The translations under genes were made by a program, and so were the position numbers. DNA of 64,000 nt from an uncultured Verrucomicrobiae bacterium (GTDB lineage Bacteria; Verrucomicrobiota; Verrucomicrobiia; Chthoniobacterales; UBA10450), in NCBI GenBank assembly GCA_963834385.1, contig CAWIBO010000002.1, positions 1,024,001 to 1,088,000 on the forward strand, in the 5' to 3' direction. Of the stretch, positions 53,426 to 63,571 are shown piece by piece; position 1 is the first letter of the stretch; the number at the start of each line of letters is the position of its first letter. The notes under the pieces are model-generated. The model saw only the letters and a list, made by a program, of their open reading frames with translations. It was not told where the DNA came from and made no database searches.

Positions 53426-55182
53426 CCCGCCCCCCGTTTGCGTTGCAGTTCGGCCTCGATCTTCCCGAGGGGAAGACAGTTGACCACGTCTTTCTTCGTC
53501 AGCCAGCCTTTGCGCGCGATGCCCACGCCGAACCAGAGATCCTGCAGGCGCTCAACACGGTGCGCGTCGGGGTTGATGACGCATTTCACCCCTTTCTCGC
53601 GGGCCAGCGGCCACCAGCGCCAGTCCAGGTCGAGCCGTTTCGGCGCGGAATTGATCTCGATCCAGGTGCCGGTCTCGGCGGCCGCCTCGATGACCGCCGG
53701 AAGATCAACCGCGTAGGCGTCACGGCGCAGGAGCAAACGTCCGGTGGGATGGGCCAGCATGGTCACGTGGCGGTGGCTGATGGCGCGGATGATGCGCTCG
53801 GTCATCTCCGCCTCCGGCATGCCGAAACCGGAATGCACGGAAGCGACCACGTAATCAAGCGACGCCAGCGTCTCCTCGTCATAATCCAGCGATCCATCCC
53901 GCAGAATGTCGCACTCCACGCCGCTGAAGAGCCGAAAATCGTCGAAGGACTCGTTCAGTTTTCGGATACGGGCCATCTGGGCCCGCAGTTGCGCCACCTC
54001 CAGGCCGTGGGCCTGGACGAGGCTGCGGCTGTGATCGGCGATCCCGAGATATTGCAGGCCCAGGTCCTGCGCGGCCGCCGCCATCTCCTCGAGGGTGTTG
54101 TGCCCGTCACTCGCCGTCGTGTGGCAGTGAAAAGTGCCGCGCAGGTTTGCCGCCTCCACCAGCCGCGGCAGCCGATCGTTCTCCGCCGCCTCGAATTCGC
54201 CGCAATTTTCGCGCAACTCCGGCGGCACAGGCGCGAGGCCAAGCGCACGATAGAGCTCCGGTTCGTCGCTGATCCGGGGCACGGGCGTGGTTGCCTTCTT
54301 TCTCCGGCCCTTCTCCGATGGCGGGGCCGGCGCGAGCCGGTACTCGTTAAGGGTCCAGCCGCGGGCCAGCGCCCGGTTGCGCATGACGATGTTATGTTCC
54401 TTGCTCCCGGTGAAGTAACTCAGGGCAAAGGGATACTCGGCGCTGCTGACCACGCGGAGGTCGCATTGCACGCCGGACTTCAGCGTCACGCTGCTCTTGG
54501 TCGGGCCACGGGCAATCACGCTTTCCACGAGCGGATGGGTCACGAAAAGTTCCATGACCGGCTCCGGTTTGCTCGAGGCGACAATGAAATCCAGGTCGCG
54601 CACGATCTCTTTCCGCCGCCGGTAGCTTCCGGCGAGGGCAACCTGCAGGGCCTCCTCGCACCCGCGCAGCGCGGCCAGCATCTGCTCCGCTTCCGGCGCC
54701 ACCTGGCCCAGTTGAAAGGAACCGGCATGCTGTTTCCGCGCCGCGATCGCCTTGAGCAGTTTTTCCTGCGTGGTCCGTCCGAACCCCGGCAGCTCCGCCA
54801 CCCGGCCGGCTTCGCAGGCTTCCTGCAACTGCGAGACCGAAGCGACCTTCAACTGCTCGTAGAGCGCCTTGATCTTCTTCGCGCCCAGCCCCGGCAGGGA
54901 GTAAAGCTCCAGAATATCGGCCGGAAACCCGGAGCGCAGGTCGGTCAAAACGCGGGACGCACCCGTGGTCGCCATTTCCACGATGGCGGCCGTGATCGCC
55001 TTGCCGACGCCGGGGATCTTTGCCAGCACTTCCGGGTCGGCCAGCTCCGCCCGGCTTCCCCCCCAGGCCTCGATCGAACGCGCGGCGTTTTGGTAGGCGC
55101 GAACCTTGAACGGGTTCTCGCCGTTCAATTCCAGGAGGGTGGCAATTTCCTCGAGGTGCTGTGCGATCCGGGCTTTCTCCAC
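53422..55182 (-). CDS. polX: DNA polymerase X with PHP exonuclease domain
   Basis: GENPFKVRAY, HhH motifs IPGVG/LPGLG, AGSYRR..RDLD, CDLR, FTGSKEHN; PHP motifs HCHT, DHS, PDAH. Confidence 0.96.
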   Translation of the reverse strand: MEKARIAQHLEEIATLLELNGENPFKVRAYQNAARSIEAWGGSRAELADPEVLAKIPGVGKAITAAIVEMATTGASRVLTDLRSGFPADILELYSLPGLGAKKIKALYEQLKVASVSQLQEACEAGRVAELPGFGRTTQEKLLKAIAARKQHAGSFQLGQVAPEAEQMLAALRGCEEALQVALAGSYRRRKEIVRDLDFIVASSKPEPVMELFVTHPLVESVIARGPTKSSVTLKSGVQCDLRVVSSAEYPFALSYFTGSKEHNIVMRNRALARGWTLNEYRLAPAPPSEKGRRKKATTPVPRISDEPELYRALGLAPVPPELRENCGEFEAAENDRLPRLVEAANLRGTFHCHTTASDGHNTLEEMAAAAQDLGLQYLGIADHSRSLVQAHGLEVAQLRAQMARIRKLNESFDDFRLFSGVECDILRDGSLDYDEETLASLDYVVASVHSGFGMPEAEMTERIIRAISHRHVTMLAHPTGRLLLRRDAYAVDLPAVIEAAAETGTWIEINSAPKRLDLDWRWWPLAREKGVKCVINPDAHRVERLQDLWFGVGIARKGWLTKKDVVNCLPLGKIEAELQRKRGAG

Positions 55183-55256
55183 GCGGGAATGTTTACCGAG
55201 AAATCGGCCCGCGTCGATGCGACGGGGAATGGGGCGTGCTATCTTTTGCGCCCCCC

Positions 55257-56337
55257 ATGACTCGACGCCCGTCCCTCTGGCTGATTCTTTGTCTCGCCGG
55301 CGCGCTCGCGCTTCCCGCGGCCCGGGCCGTCATTCTTTACCGGACGGACGATCCCGCGGCGAACACCACGCCGCCGGGCCTGGCCTTTCCGCACCGGGGC
55401 TGGGACTACGAAGGCGCCTTCGGGGGCGTGCTCGCCACGGTCATCGCGCCGAACTTCATCATCACCGCCAAACACGTGGGCGCTTCCGCCAATTTCCTCT
55501 TCCAGGGCACCGTTTATCCGATCGTGCAGGGTTATGCCGACCCGGTGGGCGACCTCCAGATCTGGAAGATCAACGGCACCTTGCCCTACTTCGCCCCGCT
55601 TTACTCAAGGAAGGATGAAACCGGAAAACAGATGGTTGCTTTGGGCAGGGGCACCCGTCGCGGCAGTCTCCTTGAGATCGACGGCCTGCCCAAAGGCTGG
55701 AACTGGGGAACAGGCGATGGGGCCATGCGCTGGGGTGAGAACATCATCGCGGGCACCTTCCAATATGGCGCCGGCAACGATCTTCTGATCATTGATTTCA
55801 ACCAGGACGGCCTCCCGGAGGAATGTCATCTCTCCAGCGGCGATTCGGGGGGCGCCGCGTTCATCGAGGATCTGGGCGGCGTCCCGAAGCTGGCCGGGAT
55901 CAACTTCGGCGTGGACGGTCCGTTTTACACCGCCCCGGACGGCAACACCGCTTTCAACGGCGGCGCTCTTCGACGCGCGCGGCTACTACTTCAATAACGG
56001 CTTCGGCTTCGTCCTGATCGACGGGGCCTTCCCCGCGGTCACCTCGTTCTATCCGTCACGCATCTCCACCAAGCTTCCCTGGATTTGCCGGGTGATCGCG
56101 GAGCCGCAGATCGCCCGGGAAGGCGACAATCTCTGCCTGACCTACCGGCGCCTGCAGTTCCCCGCGAGCGATGTGGTTTACCTGGTCGAACAATCACCCG
56201 ACCTCGTCGTCTGGATGCCCGCTACCGTCTCCGAGCAGATTCTTTCCACGGAAGGCGTCTCCGAGATGGTCAAGGCATCGGTCGATGTGACCGGTCTGCC
56301 GCAGCTTTTTCTCCGGCTGCGCATCTACCGCCCCTAA
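55257..56337 (+). CDS. Secreted trypsin-like serine protease, frameshifted near 55960
   Basis: Signal peptide; ITAKHV (His), GDLQI (Asp), SGDSGG (Ser); continues ALFDARG... in the second frame. Confidence 0.8.
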
Positions 56338-56338
56338 A

Positions 56339-56950
56339 TCATAAACGCCCGCGCTTCCGGTAGTACCGGTAGCGGTTGATGACCGTCTCGACATAACGAC
56401 GCGTGGTCGGGAAATCGATGTTCTGCCGGAAACGGGAAGGCGGGATGACCACGTCGCGTCCCCCGGCCCAGCGCTGCGCCCGGCTGGCGCCCGCGTTGTA
56501 TTCCGCGAGCGCAAACGGAATGGGGTCGCGCTGGTGCCGCCAGCGTTGCAGCGCCCGGGCCAGATACCAGCTCCCGGCGGAGATGTTGACCTTCGGGTCG
56601 AAGAGTTCTTCCACCCGAAAATTCCGGATCTTTTCCTCCGCCGCCCATTCCTTCGCCGCGGTTTCCGTCACCTGCATCAGCCCCCGTTCCCCGGCGGCGC
56701 CGAACTTGTGCGAGTTAAAGCCGCTCTCGCGCCAGACGACCGCCTTCACCAGCATGGGATCGAGCTTGTGCTGCGCCGCAATCACCCGGATGAGCCGATC
56801 GTGCTGGTGGAACTTGCCCGGGCTAAGCCATTCCCGCGCCGTGTAAACCGGATCGCCCGTGCGCCAGGCGAAGTAGGCCGCGGCGGCCGCGCCCGCGAAG
56901 AAGAGGCAGATGACGAGCTTGAAAGCGAAGCGGATCACCCTGCCATCCAT
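56339..56950 (-). CDS. SLT-family lytic transglycosylase
   Basis: N-terminal TM helix; AVVWRESGF, GLMQV, ALAEYNAG, TRRYV. Confidence 0.92.
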   Translation of the reverse strand: MDGRVIRFAFKLVICLFFAGAAAAAYFAWRTGDPVYTAREWLSPGKFHQHDRLIRVIAAQHKLDPMLVKAVVWRESGFNSHKFGAAGERGLMQVTETAAKEWAAEEKIRNFRVEELFDPKVNISAGSWYLARALQRWRHQRDPIPFALAEYNAGASRAQRWAGGRDVVIPPSRFRQNIDFPTTRRYVETVINRYRYYRKRGRL

Positions 56951-57024
56951 CGACGCTTCCTCCCGCCCGGGCAATCGATTTTCACTCGATGTTGGTCCCC
57001 GCAGGATGGACAGTTTCGCCACCG

Positions 57025-59247
57025 GTGAAGTACGCGCGCGTCATCATAGATCGATCCATCCGGCGCGAGCTGGACTATGCCATCCCTGATGAGCTGGCCG
57101 CGCGGGTCGGGGTCGGCTCCCGGGTCCGCGTGCCGTTCCGCGACAAGTCGGCCCTCGCCACCGTCGCTGCGATCCTCGACCAGAGCGAGGCTCCCGGGAT
57201 CCGCCCGCTGGAGGCTGTCCTTGGCGAGACGCCGGCGCTCCGCGGTGAACTGCTCGAGTTGGCTCGCTGGATGAGCGTCTATTATTGTTGCCCGCTCGAG
57301 ACAGTCCTGCGGAGCCTTCTCCCCCAGGTCATCCGCAAGGGAGAGGTCGGCTGGAAACGGCAGTTGTTTGTCAGCCGCGACCGGCTCGCCGAACCGGAGG
57401 AAATTGAAAAGCTCGGGCGCCGCGCGCCGCGCCAGGCGGAATTGCTGACCGCGCTCAACATCCTCGAAGCCCCGGTGGCCGCAGCCGATTTCCTGCGCGA
57501 GCACGCCTCCGACAACGGCACCCTGCGCGCCCTCGTGAAGAAGGGGTTCGCCCGTCTGGTCGAGAAACCGGTTGAACGCGATCCCCATGCCGACGAGGAA
57601 TTCATCGCCTCGGACAACCTGGTCCTGAACGAGGAACAGGCGGCCGCCCTGCAAAAGGTCCTCGCCGCCCTCGACGCACCGGCCACGAGCCGCCCGATTC
57701 TTCTCCACGGCGTCACCGGCAGCGGCAAGACGGAGATCTACCTCCAGGCCATCAGGAACGCGCTCGAGCGCGGTCTCACCGCCATTGTTCTCGTCCCGGA
57801 AATTTCGCTCACGCCGCAGACGGTCGAACGCTTCAAGAGCCGTTTCGCCGGGATGCAGGATGCCGTTGCCGTTTTGCACAGTCATCTTTCCGAGGGCGAA
57901 CGCCACGACGAATGGCACAAACTGCATTCCGGACGCGCCCGCATGGTCATCGGCGCGCGCAGCGCCATTTTTGCCCCGCTCGAAAAGGTCGGCCTCATCA
58001 TCGTGGATGAGGAGCACGAGAACTCCTACAAACAAGAGGAGGCGCCGCGCTATCATGCCCGCGACGTCGCCGTGGTCCGGGCCCGCATGGAAAAATGCGT
58101 GGTCCTGCTCGGCTCGGCCACGCCCAGCCTCGAAAGCTATCACAACGCCACCACCGGTAAGTATGACCTCGCGGTCCTCTCCCGCCGGGTGGACGACTGT
58201 CAGATGCCGTTTATCCGCGTGCTCGACCTGCGGCTCGAGCAGCGAAGGGAAAAGTATCCGCAGATTCTCGCGGGCAAACTGCGCGACGCCATCACCGCCC
58301 GGCTCGAAAAGCGTGAACAAACCATCCTTTTCCTGAACCGGCGCGGTTTCTCCACCTCGCTCCTTTGCCGCAGCTGCGGCGAGGCGCGCCGATGCCCGAA
58401 CTGCAGCGTGGCCCTCACCTTCCACCGCGGCGCGGCCCGCCTGAGCTGCCACCTCTGCGGGCACACCGCGGCCGTGCCGAAGGTCTGTCCCGCCTGCCGT
58501 GAGAACGCCCTTTCCTACGCCGGCTTCGGCACCGAGAAAGTCGAGGCGACCGTCGCCGGAATCTTCCCCAAGGCGGTGGTCCGCCGGATGGATGCCGATT
58601 CCATGACGCGAAAAGACGCTTTCCGCGACACGCTGCGCGCCTTTCGCGCCGGGCGGATCGATATCCTGGTTGGAACCCAGATGATCGCGAAGGGGCTCCA
58701 TTTTCCCAACGTCACCCTGGTGGGAATCATCAACGCCGATCTCGCCCTGCATCTGCCGGACTTCCGCGCCGGCGAACGGACGTTTCAGCTCCTCACCCAG
58801 GTGGCGGGGCGGGCCGGCCGGGGCGAACAGCCCGGCGAAGTCTTCGTGCAGACGTTCACCCCCTTCTCTCCCTCGATCCAGTATGCGCGGCACCACGACT
58901 TCGTCGGCTACTTCGAGCAGGAGCTCGAATTCCGGGAGCGCTGTGCTTTCCCGCCGTTCCTTCATGCCGTCCTCGTGACCGTGCGTTCCAAGCATGAGGC
59001 GCGGGCAAAGTTCTCCGCCGAGACGCTCGCGCGCCGCCTGAAATCGGTTCTGCCGGCGGAATTCATCATGGGCGACCCGACGCCCGCCCCGCTCGAGAAA
59101 CTGCAGGGCTTCTTCCGTTTCCAGATCATGATCCGCGGCGCCGCCATCATGAAGTTGAGCCGCCTTCTGCGCGAAACGCTCGACAAGCTGCCCTTCCCCG
59201 AGGACGTCGCCGTGGCCGTGGATGTCGACCCTTATCAGTTGCTCTGA
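57025..59247 (+). CDS. priA: Primosomal protein N' (replication restart helicase)
   Basis: GVTGSGKTEIY, LVPEISLTPQ, DEEH, Cys-rich region CRSC/CPNC/CHLC/CPAC, QVAGRAGR. Confidence 0.97.
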   Translation: MKYARVIIDRSIRRELDYAIPDELAARVGVGSRVRVPFRDKSALATVAAILDQSEAPGIRPLEAVLGETPALRGELLELARWMSVYYCCPLETVLRSLLPQVIRKGEVGWKRQLFVSRDRLAEPEEIEKLGRRAPRQAELLTALNILEAPVAAADFLREHASDNGTLRALVKKGFARLVEKPVERDPHADEEFIASDNLVLNEEQAAALQKVLAALDAPATSRPILLHGVTGSGKTEIYLQAIRNALERGLTAIVLVPEISLTPQTVERFKSRFAGMQDAVAVLHSHLSEGERHDEWHKLHSGRARMVIGARSAIFAPLEKVGLIIVDEEHENSYKQEEAPRYHARDVAVVRARMEKCVVLLGSATPSLESYHNATTGKYDLAVLSRRVDDCQMPFIRVLDLRLEQRREKYPQILAGKLRDAITARLEKREQTILFLNRRGFSTSLLCRSCGEARRCPNCSVALTFHRGAARLSCHLCGHTAAVPKVCPACRENALSYAGFGTEKVEATVAGIFPKAVVRRMDADSMTRKDAFRDTLRAFRAGRIDILVGTQMIAKGLHFPNVTLVGIINADLALHLPDFRAGERTFQLLTQVAGRAGRGEQPGEVFVQTFTPFSPSIQYARHHDFVGYFEQELEFRERCAFPPFLHAVLVTVRSKHEARAKFSAETLARRLKSVLPAEFIMGDPTPAPLEKLQGFFRFQIMIRGAAIMKLSRLLRETLDKLPFPEDVAVAVDVDPYQLL

Positions 59248-59263
59248 ACCGGCCGTTTCCGGC

Positions 59264-60031
59264 TTACCGAAGCCAGTCCTGGCAATCCCATCCCAGCAGC
59301 GTTTCCACCCGGCGGATATCATCCGCAAACAACGGCTTCAGCCTGGCCCGCTCTTCCGGGGACAGCTTCCGCGCGTCGCGGGTCCGGTGCGGCGCCACGC
59401 CCGGCCGGATGACCACGCGCGGCACCGCGAGGAAATCGCACACCTGGTTGACCGTCCCCTGCTGGTCCGCGCGGAAATTCTCGTACTTCAGGAAAAGAAG
59501 CTGCGCGGCCGGAAAATATGCCCGCACATGCTCGATCTGGCCGGCGTAAAGACCGCGCGCGACATAGGTGAACCGGCGTGACTGCCCGGACGCGCTCGCC
59601 TCCGCATGCTGCCGCGGCGCCGCCTCCATCGCCTCGATGAAATCGGGCGGCGCCGTGCCGCGCGCCCGCTGCATGTTCCATTGCGAATAGGCGCGCGCGA
59701 TCGGGTCGCGCAGGATAAAGATCAGTTTGAGCGCAGGGTGGTAATCCCGCAGGCGCGGGATGGCGGCGCGCCAGAAGAAGTAGATCGGGGTGCATTCGCC
59801 CGCCGCCAGGGTCTTCCGCCCCGGCCGGAAAGCCGCGTGCAGCGGCCCGTAATCCACCGGGTCTTCCCGGAAGTTGTCGTCGTTATCGAAGAAATGCAGT
59901 TCCTTGGCGCCCGTCGGCATGGCGATGCGCGGATGCTGCTTCAAATACTCGTGCAGGGCGGTGGTGCCCGCCTTTTGCACGCCGCCAATCACGAAATCGA
60001 GCCGGGTGACGCGGCGCCGCGACCAGATCAT
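59264..60031 (-). CDS. PAPS-dependent sulfotransferase
   Basis: 5'-PSB GVQKAGTTAL, KELHFFD, 3'-PB LRDPIARAYS. Confidence 0.9.
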   Translation of the reverse strand: MIWSRRRVTRLDFVIGGVQKAGTTALHEYLKQHPRIAMPTGAKELHFFDNDDNFREDPVDYGPLHAAFRPGRKTLAAGECTPIYFFWRAAIPRLRDYHPALKLIFILRDPIARAYSQWNMQRARGTAPPDFIEAMEAAPRQHAEASASGQSRRFTYVARGLYAGQIEHVRAYFPAAQLLFLKYENFRADQQGTVNQVCDFLAVPRVVIRPGVAPHRTRDARKLSPEERARLKPLFADDIRRVETLLGWDCQDWLR

Positions 60032-60065
60032 GGCGCAAGGTCAGGCGCCCCGCCCGAAGCGCAAC

Positions 60066-60853
60066 CTAAATGCCGGGCCCGGGCGCCGCTTCCCCCACGC
60101 GCAGGCTCATGCCCATGACGTGGAAAATCTCGTCCCGGCACGCCAGGTAACCCGGCGCATCGAGGTCACGCGGCCGCGGCAGGTCAATCGGGACCACCCG
60201 CTCGATCCGGCCCGGACGGGCGCTCATCACCAGGACGCGGTCGGCCAGTTGCACCGCTTCCTCGATGTCGTGCGTCACGAAGAGAATCGTTTTCTTTTCG
60301 CTCTGCCAGATCCGGACAAGGTCGGTGCGCATCTTCAGGCGGGTCAGGAAATCGAGCGCCCCGAACGGCTCATCCATGTAAATGATGTCGGGATTGGCCG
60401 CGAGGGCGCGGGCGATCTCCACCCGTTGTCGCATCCCCCCGGAAAGCTCGCGCGGCCAGGCGTTCTCAAAACCCTCCAGGCCAACCATGGCGATGTAATG
60501 GGCCACAATCTCCGCCCGGCGCGCTTCCGCATGCCGTCGCAGGCCGAAGCCGATGTTCTCGCGCACGTTGAGCCACGGGAAAACGCCGTTCTCTTGAAAG
60601 ACAAAGATTCGGCGCGGATCCGGGCCGCGCACCGGTTCGCCTTCCACCAGGACTTCGCCGGCGTCGGGTTCAAGGAAGCCGCCCACGATATTGAGCAGGG
60701 TCGATTTGCCGCAACCGCTCGGACCCACCAGGCAGACAAATTCACCCGGGGCCACTTCTGCCTCGATGGCGCGGAGCACCTCCACTTCCTCACCCCGACG
60801 CTGGCCGGCGAAAGTCATCGAAACGTTCCGGATGGAAATGGCGGGGCGCTCAT
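60066..60853 (-). CDS. NitT/TauT-type ABC transporter ATP-binding subunit (5' frameshift near 60845)
   Basis: GPSGCGKST, LSGGMRQR, MDEPFGALD, VTHD; ATG 60853 overlaps the permease stop and gives MSAPAISIR if one base is restored. Confidence 0.92.
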
Positions 60854-61659
60854 CGGCGGGTCAGGTATCCCCAGCGCACCTCGTCAAAGCGCTCGAGTCG
60901 ACGCACCAGCAGATCGAGGACAAGCCCGATCAGGCCAATCATGACCATGCCGGCGACGACAAGGTCGTAGCGTTTCCCGGCGTTGCGCGCGTCGATGATG
61001 AGGTAACCAAGGCCGCTGTTCACCGCGATCATCTCGGCCGCGACCACCACGAGCCAGGCCACGCCGAGGGCAATGCGGACCCCGGTGATGATCTGCGGCA
61101 GGCTCGCGCGAAAAATGACCTTCCGAAAAAGCTCGCCCCGGCCGAGGCCGAAGTTCTGCGCGGCGCGCAGATAAACGGGCTGCATGTTTTGCACGGCGGC
61201 GATGGCGGAGACCGTGATGGGGAAAACGCTGGCGAGGAAGATGAGGAAGATGGGCGCGGCGTCGGTGATCCCGAACCAGAGGATGGCGACGGGGATCCAG
61301 GCAATCGGTGAGATCGGGCGCAGCGCCTGGAGCAGCGGGTTGAAGGCTTGAAAGGCGCGCCCGTACCAGCCCAGGAGAAGACCGAGCGGAACGCCCAGGA
61401 GAACCGCCAGGGTGAAGCCCCAGCCGACCCGGAAAAGCGACGCCACCACATACTTGAGGAGCAGACCTTTTTGCGCCAGTTCACCCAGCCCCCGGGCCAC
61501 TTCTCCGGGCGTCGGAAAAAGCAGGCTCCCGGAGATGCGCACCGCGGCGTGCCAGCCCGCGAGAAAAAGGAGCGCCACCGCCAGGGGCAAAACAAAATCC
61601 CACACCCTCCCTCCGGCGCGCTCCCTGCGTCGCGAATCGTTTCCTCGCGCCGCTTTCAT
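60850..61659 (-). CDS. NitT/TauT-type ABC transporter permease
   Basis: FPTP, SLFRV, LRPISPIAWIP, AAQNFG, VVVAAEM, GLGYLI. Confidence 0.93.
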   Translation of the reverse strand: MKAARGNDSRRRERAGGRVWDFVLPLAVALLFLAGWHAAVRISGSLLFPTPGEVARGLGELAQKGLLLKYVVASLFRVGWGFTLAVLLGVPLGLLLGWYGRAFQAFNPLLQALRPISPIAWIPVAILWFGITDAAPIFLIFLASVFPITVSAIAAVQNMQPVYLRAAQNFGLGRGELFRKVIFRASLPQIITGVRIALGVAWLVVVAAEMIAVNSGLGYLIIDARNAGKRYDLVVAGMVMIGLIGLVLDLLVRRLERFDEVRWGYLTRR

Positions 61660-62702
61660 GGCGCTCTCCCGTCAAAAGCGTACGGCACCACCTCGTCGTC
61701 GTCGGGGGCAAATGATGGATCGACGTAATCCTCAAAACGCACGGTTCCCTGCAGGATGCCGGATTCGCGGGCCAGTTGCGCGATCTCCTCGAAGTCCGCC
61801 CGCGCCGGCTTGAGCTGGCTGTAGCGCACGCGATCCGGCGGCTGCGTGAGCACATGGCGAAGCAAACGCGGGTCCTGGTTGTAATACCGGGTGCTGACGA
61901 ACTCCGCCGCGGCCAGGCGTTGCTCCATTCCGGCATCGAGCCATTTGCCGCTCCGCGCGATGCCATCCACCAGTTCCTGGACATCGCCCCGGCGCTCCTT
62001 GATCACCTTTTCCGAGACGGCCAGAACGCACGAGATGAAACCGGGCCAGACCTCCCGGACCCGGTAGAGCACGCGCCCATATCCGTCCAGCTCGGTCTGG
62101 GCCATGAACGGTTCGCCCGAGGTAATGGCGTCCACCGAGCGGGCGTAAAGCGCCGCCGGCATGTCGGGCGGCGGCATCTCCACCATCCTCACGTCATCAA
62201 GGGTCAGGCCGGCCTTCTTCAATTCGCGAAAAAGAATCAGACGGTGGTTGGCGTAGCGCCCGGGCACGGCAATCGTCTTGCCCCGCAGATCTTCCGTGCG
62301 CCGGATATCGGAATCCCGGTGCACCACCACGTCGGCGCCCTCGCGGTGCCCGAGATAAACAATCTTGATCGGCACGCCCTGTTCGCGCAGCGCCATCGCC
62401 ATCGGGGCGAGGATAAAGGTGGCGGAGGTGTGGCCGCTGAGATACGCCTCCTTCAGTTCCGGCCAGCCGTGAAAGCGGATCGGCTCAAAAAGGTTTGTCC
62501 CCGTCATCTGCCGGTTGATGAAGTCGGTCACAGGACAGGTGAGATGGCAGGTCACCGGCAGGAAACCGACGCGGAAAGCCGGGCCCCTTCGCTCTTGTCC
62601 GGGAGCAGGATGAAACCAGCGCAGGTTCAGCCAGCCGTGCAGCAGCGTGATCACCGCCAGCGTCAGGAGAAGGATCAGCGCGATTTTTTTCAGGAAAGGC
62701 AT
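61656..62702 (-). CDS. NitT/TauT-type ABC transporter substrate-binding protein
   Basis: N-terminal anchor; RVGFLPVTCHLTCP, DLRGKTIAVP, PPPDMPAAL, GEPF. Confidence 0.9.
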   Translation of the reverse strand: MPFLKKIALILLLTLAVITLLHGWLNLRWFHPAPGQERRGPAFRVGFLPVTCHLTCPVTDFINRQMTGTNLFEPIRFHGWPELKEAYLSGHTSATFILAPMAMALREQGVPIKIVYLGHREGADVVVHRDSDIRRTEDLRGKTIAVPGRYANHRLILFRELKKAGLTLDDVRMVEMPPPDMPAALYARSVDAITSGEPFMAQTELDGYGRVLYRVREVWPGFISCVLAVSEKVIKERRGDVQELVDGIARSGKWLDAGMEQRLAAAEFVSTRYYNQDPRLLRHVLTQPPDRVRYSQLKPARADFEEIAQLARESGILQGTVRFEDYVDPSFAPDDDEVVPYAFDGRAP

Positions 62703-62779
62703 GGCGGCTGGGCGCGACCATACCCCAGCGGTTGCCCCGGGAAAACAGCGGCCTTCCGGCCTCCCCGCGAAAGTTCCCT

Positions 62780-62806
62780 GCATCTGCCTGGCGCAAAAGG
62801 GCGAAT
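62780..62806 (+). promoter_or_regulatory. ECF (SigK-like) promoter candidate
   Basis: GCATCT-N15-GCGAAT upstream of a fasciclin gene. Confidence 0.4.
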
Positions 62807-62860
62807 CACCCCTTGTAACCAGCTGGGTTAAACCGGCTCAACTCCAAGGAAGAAAGAAAT

Positions 62861-63403
62861 ATGAAGAAACTGACATTGACACTCTGCGGCGCGGCGCTCT
62901 TTGCGGCGGTCGCTCTCGCAGGCAAAAATCCGATGGTTGGCGGCGCCGAGATGTATCCGAACAAGGATATCATCGAAAACGCGGTCAACTCCGACGACCA
63001 CAAGACCCTGGTCACCGCGGTGAAGGCCGCTGACCTCGTCGAGACCCTCAAGGGCCCGGGACCGTTCACCGTTTTCGCGCCGACCGATGAAGCCTTTGGC
63101 AAACTGCCGGAAGGAACCGTCGCGACGCTGGTGAAACCGGAGAACAAGAAGACGCTCACCGGCATCCTCACCTACCACGTTGTCGCCGGCAAAGTGACCG
63201 CGTCCGACCTGACCAAGCAGATCAAGGACGGCAACGGCAGCGCCAAGCTGAAGACCGTGAATGGCGAGACCCTCACGGCCAAGGCCTCGGGCGACTCCGT
63301 GATGTTGACCGATTCCAAGGGCAATTCCGCCACCGTCACAATTGCTGACGTGATGCAGAAGAACGGCGTGATCCACGTGATCGACACCGTGGTCATGCCC
63401 TAA
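62861..63403 (+). CDS. Secreted fasciclin (FAS1) domain protein
   Basis: Signal peptide; NPMVGGA, GPFTVFAPTDEAF, LTYHVV, NGVIHVIDTV. Confidence 0.95.
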   Translation: MKKLTLTLCGAALFAAVALAGKNPMVGGAEMYPNKDIIENAVNSDDHKTLVTAVKAADLVETLKGPGPFTVFAPTDEAFGKLPEGTVATLVKPENKKTLTGILTYHVVAGKVTASDLTKQIKDGNGSAKLKTVNGETLTAKASGDSVMLTDSKGNSATVTIADVMQKNGVIHVIDTVVMP

Positions 63404-63429
63404 GGACCTTTTCAGGTAGCCAATGGGTT

Positions 63430-63467
63430 AACGGGCGGCGTTGCAAAACGTCGCCCGTTTTCTTTTT
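63430..63467 (+). terminator. Rho-independent terminator
   Basis: AACGGGCGGCGTT-GCAA-AACGTCGCCCGTT followed by TTCTTTTT. Confidence 0.88.
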
Positions 63468-63498
63468 GCGGACGACGGGCAGGCGAAACGCGCGGGAA

Positions 63499-63571
63499 AG
63501 CCGGCAGACGGGTTCGAACCGACGACCTGCTGATTACAAATCAGCTGCTCTACCAGCTGAGCTATGCCGGC
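63499..63571 (-). tRNA. tRNA-Thr (anticodon TGT), CCA not encoded
   Basis: GCCGGCA acceptor stem, TAGCTCAGCTGGTAGAGC D arm, CTGAT-TTGTAAT-CAG anticodon arm, GGTTCGAACC T arm. Confidence 0.97.

Noticed and set aside
56935..59328. 797-aa ORF opposite priA (likewise 53161-55260 opposite polX and 48946-50733)
   Set aside because: Shadow ORFs caused by the scarcity of stop codons in high-GC sequence.
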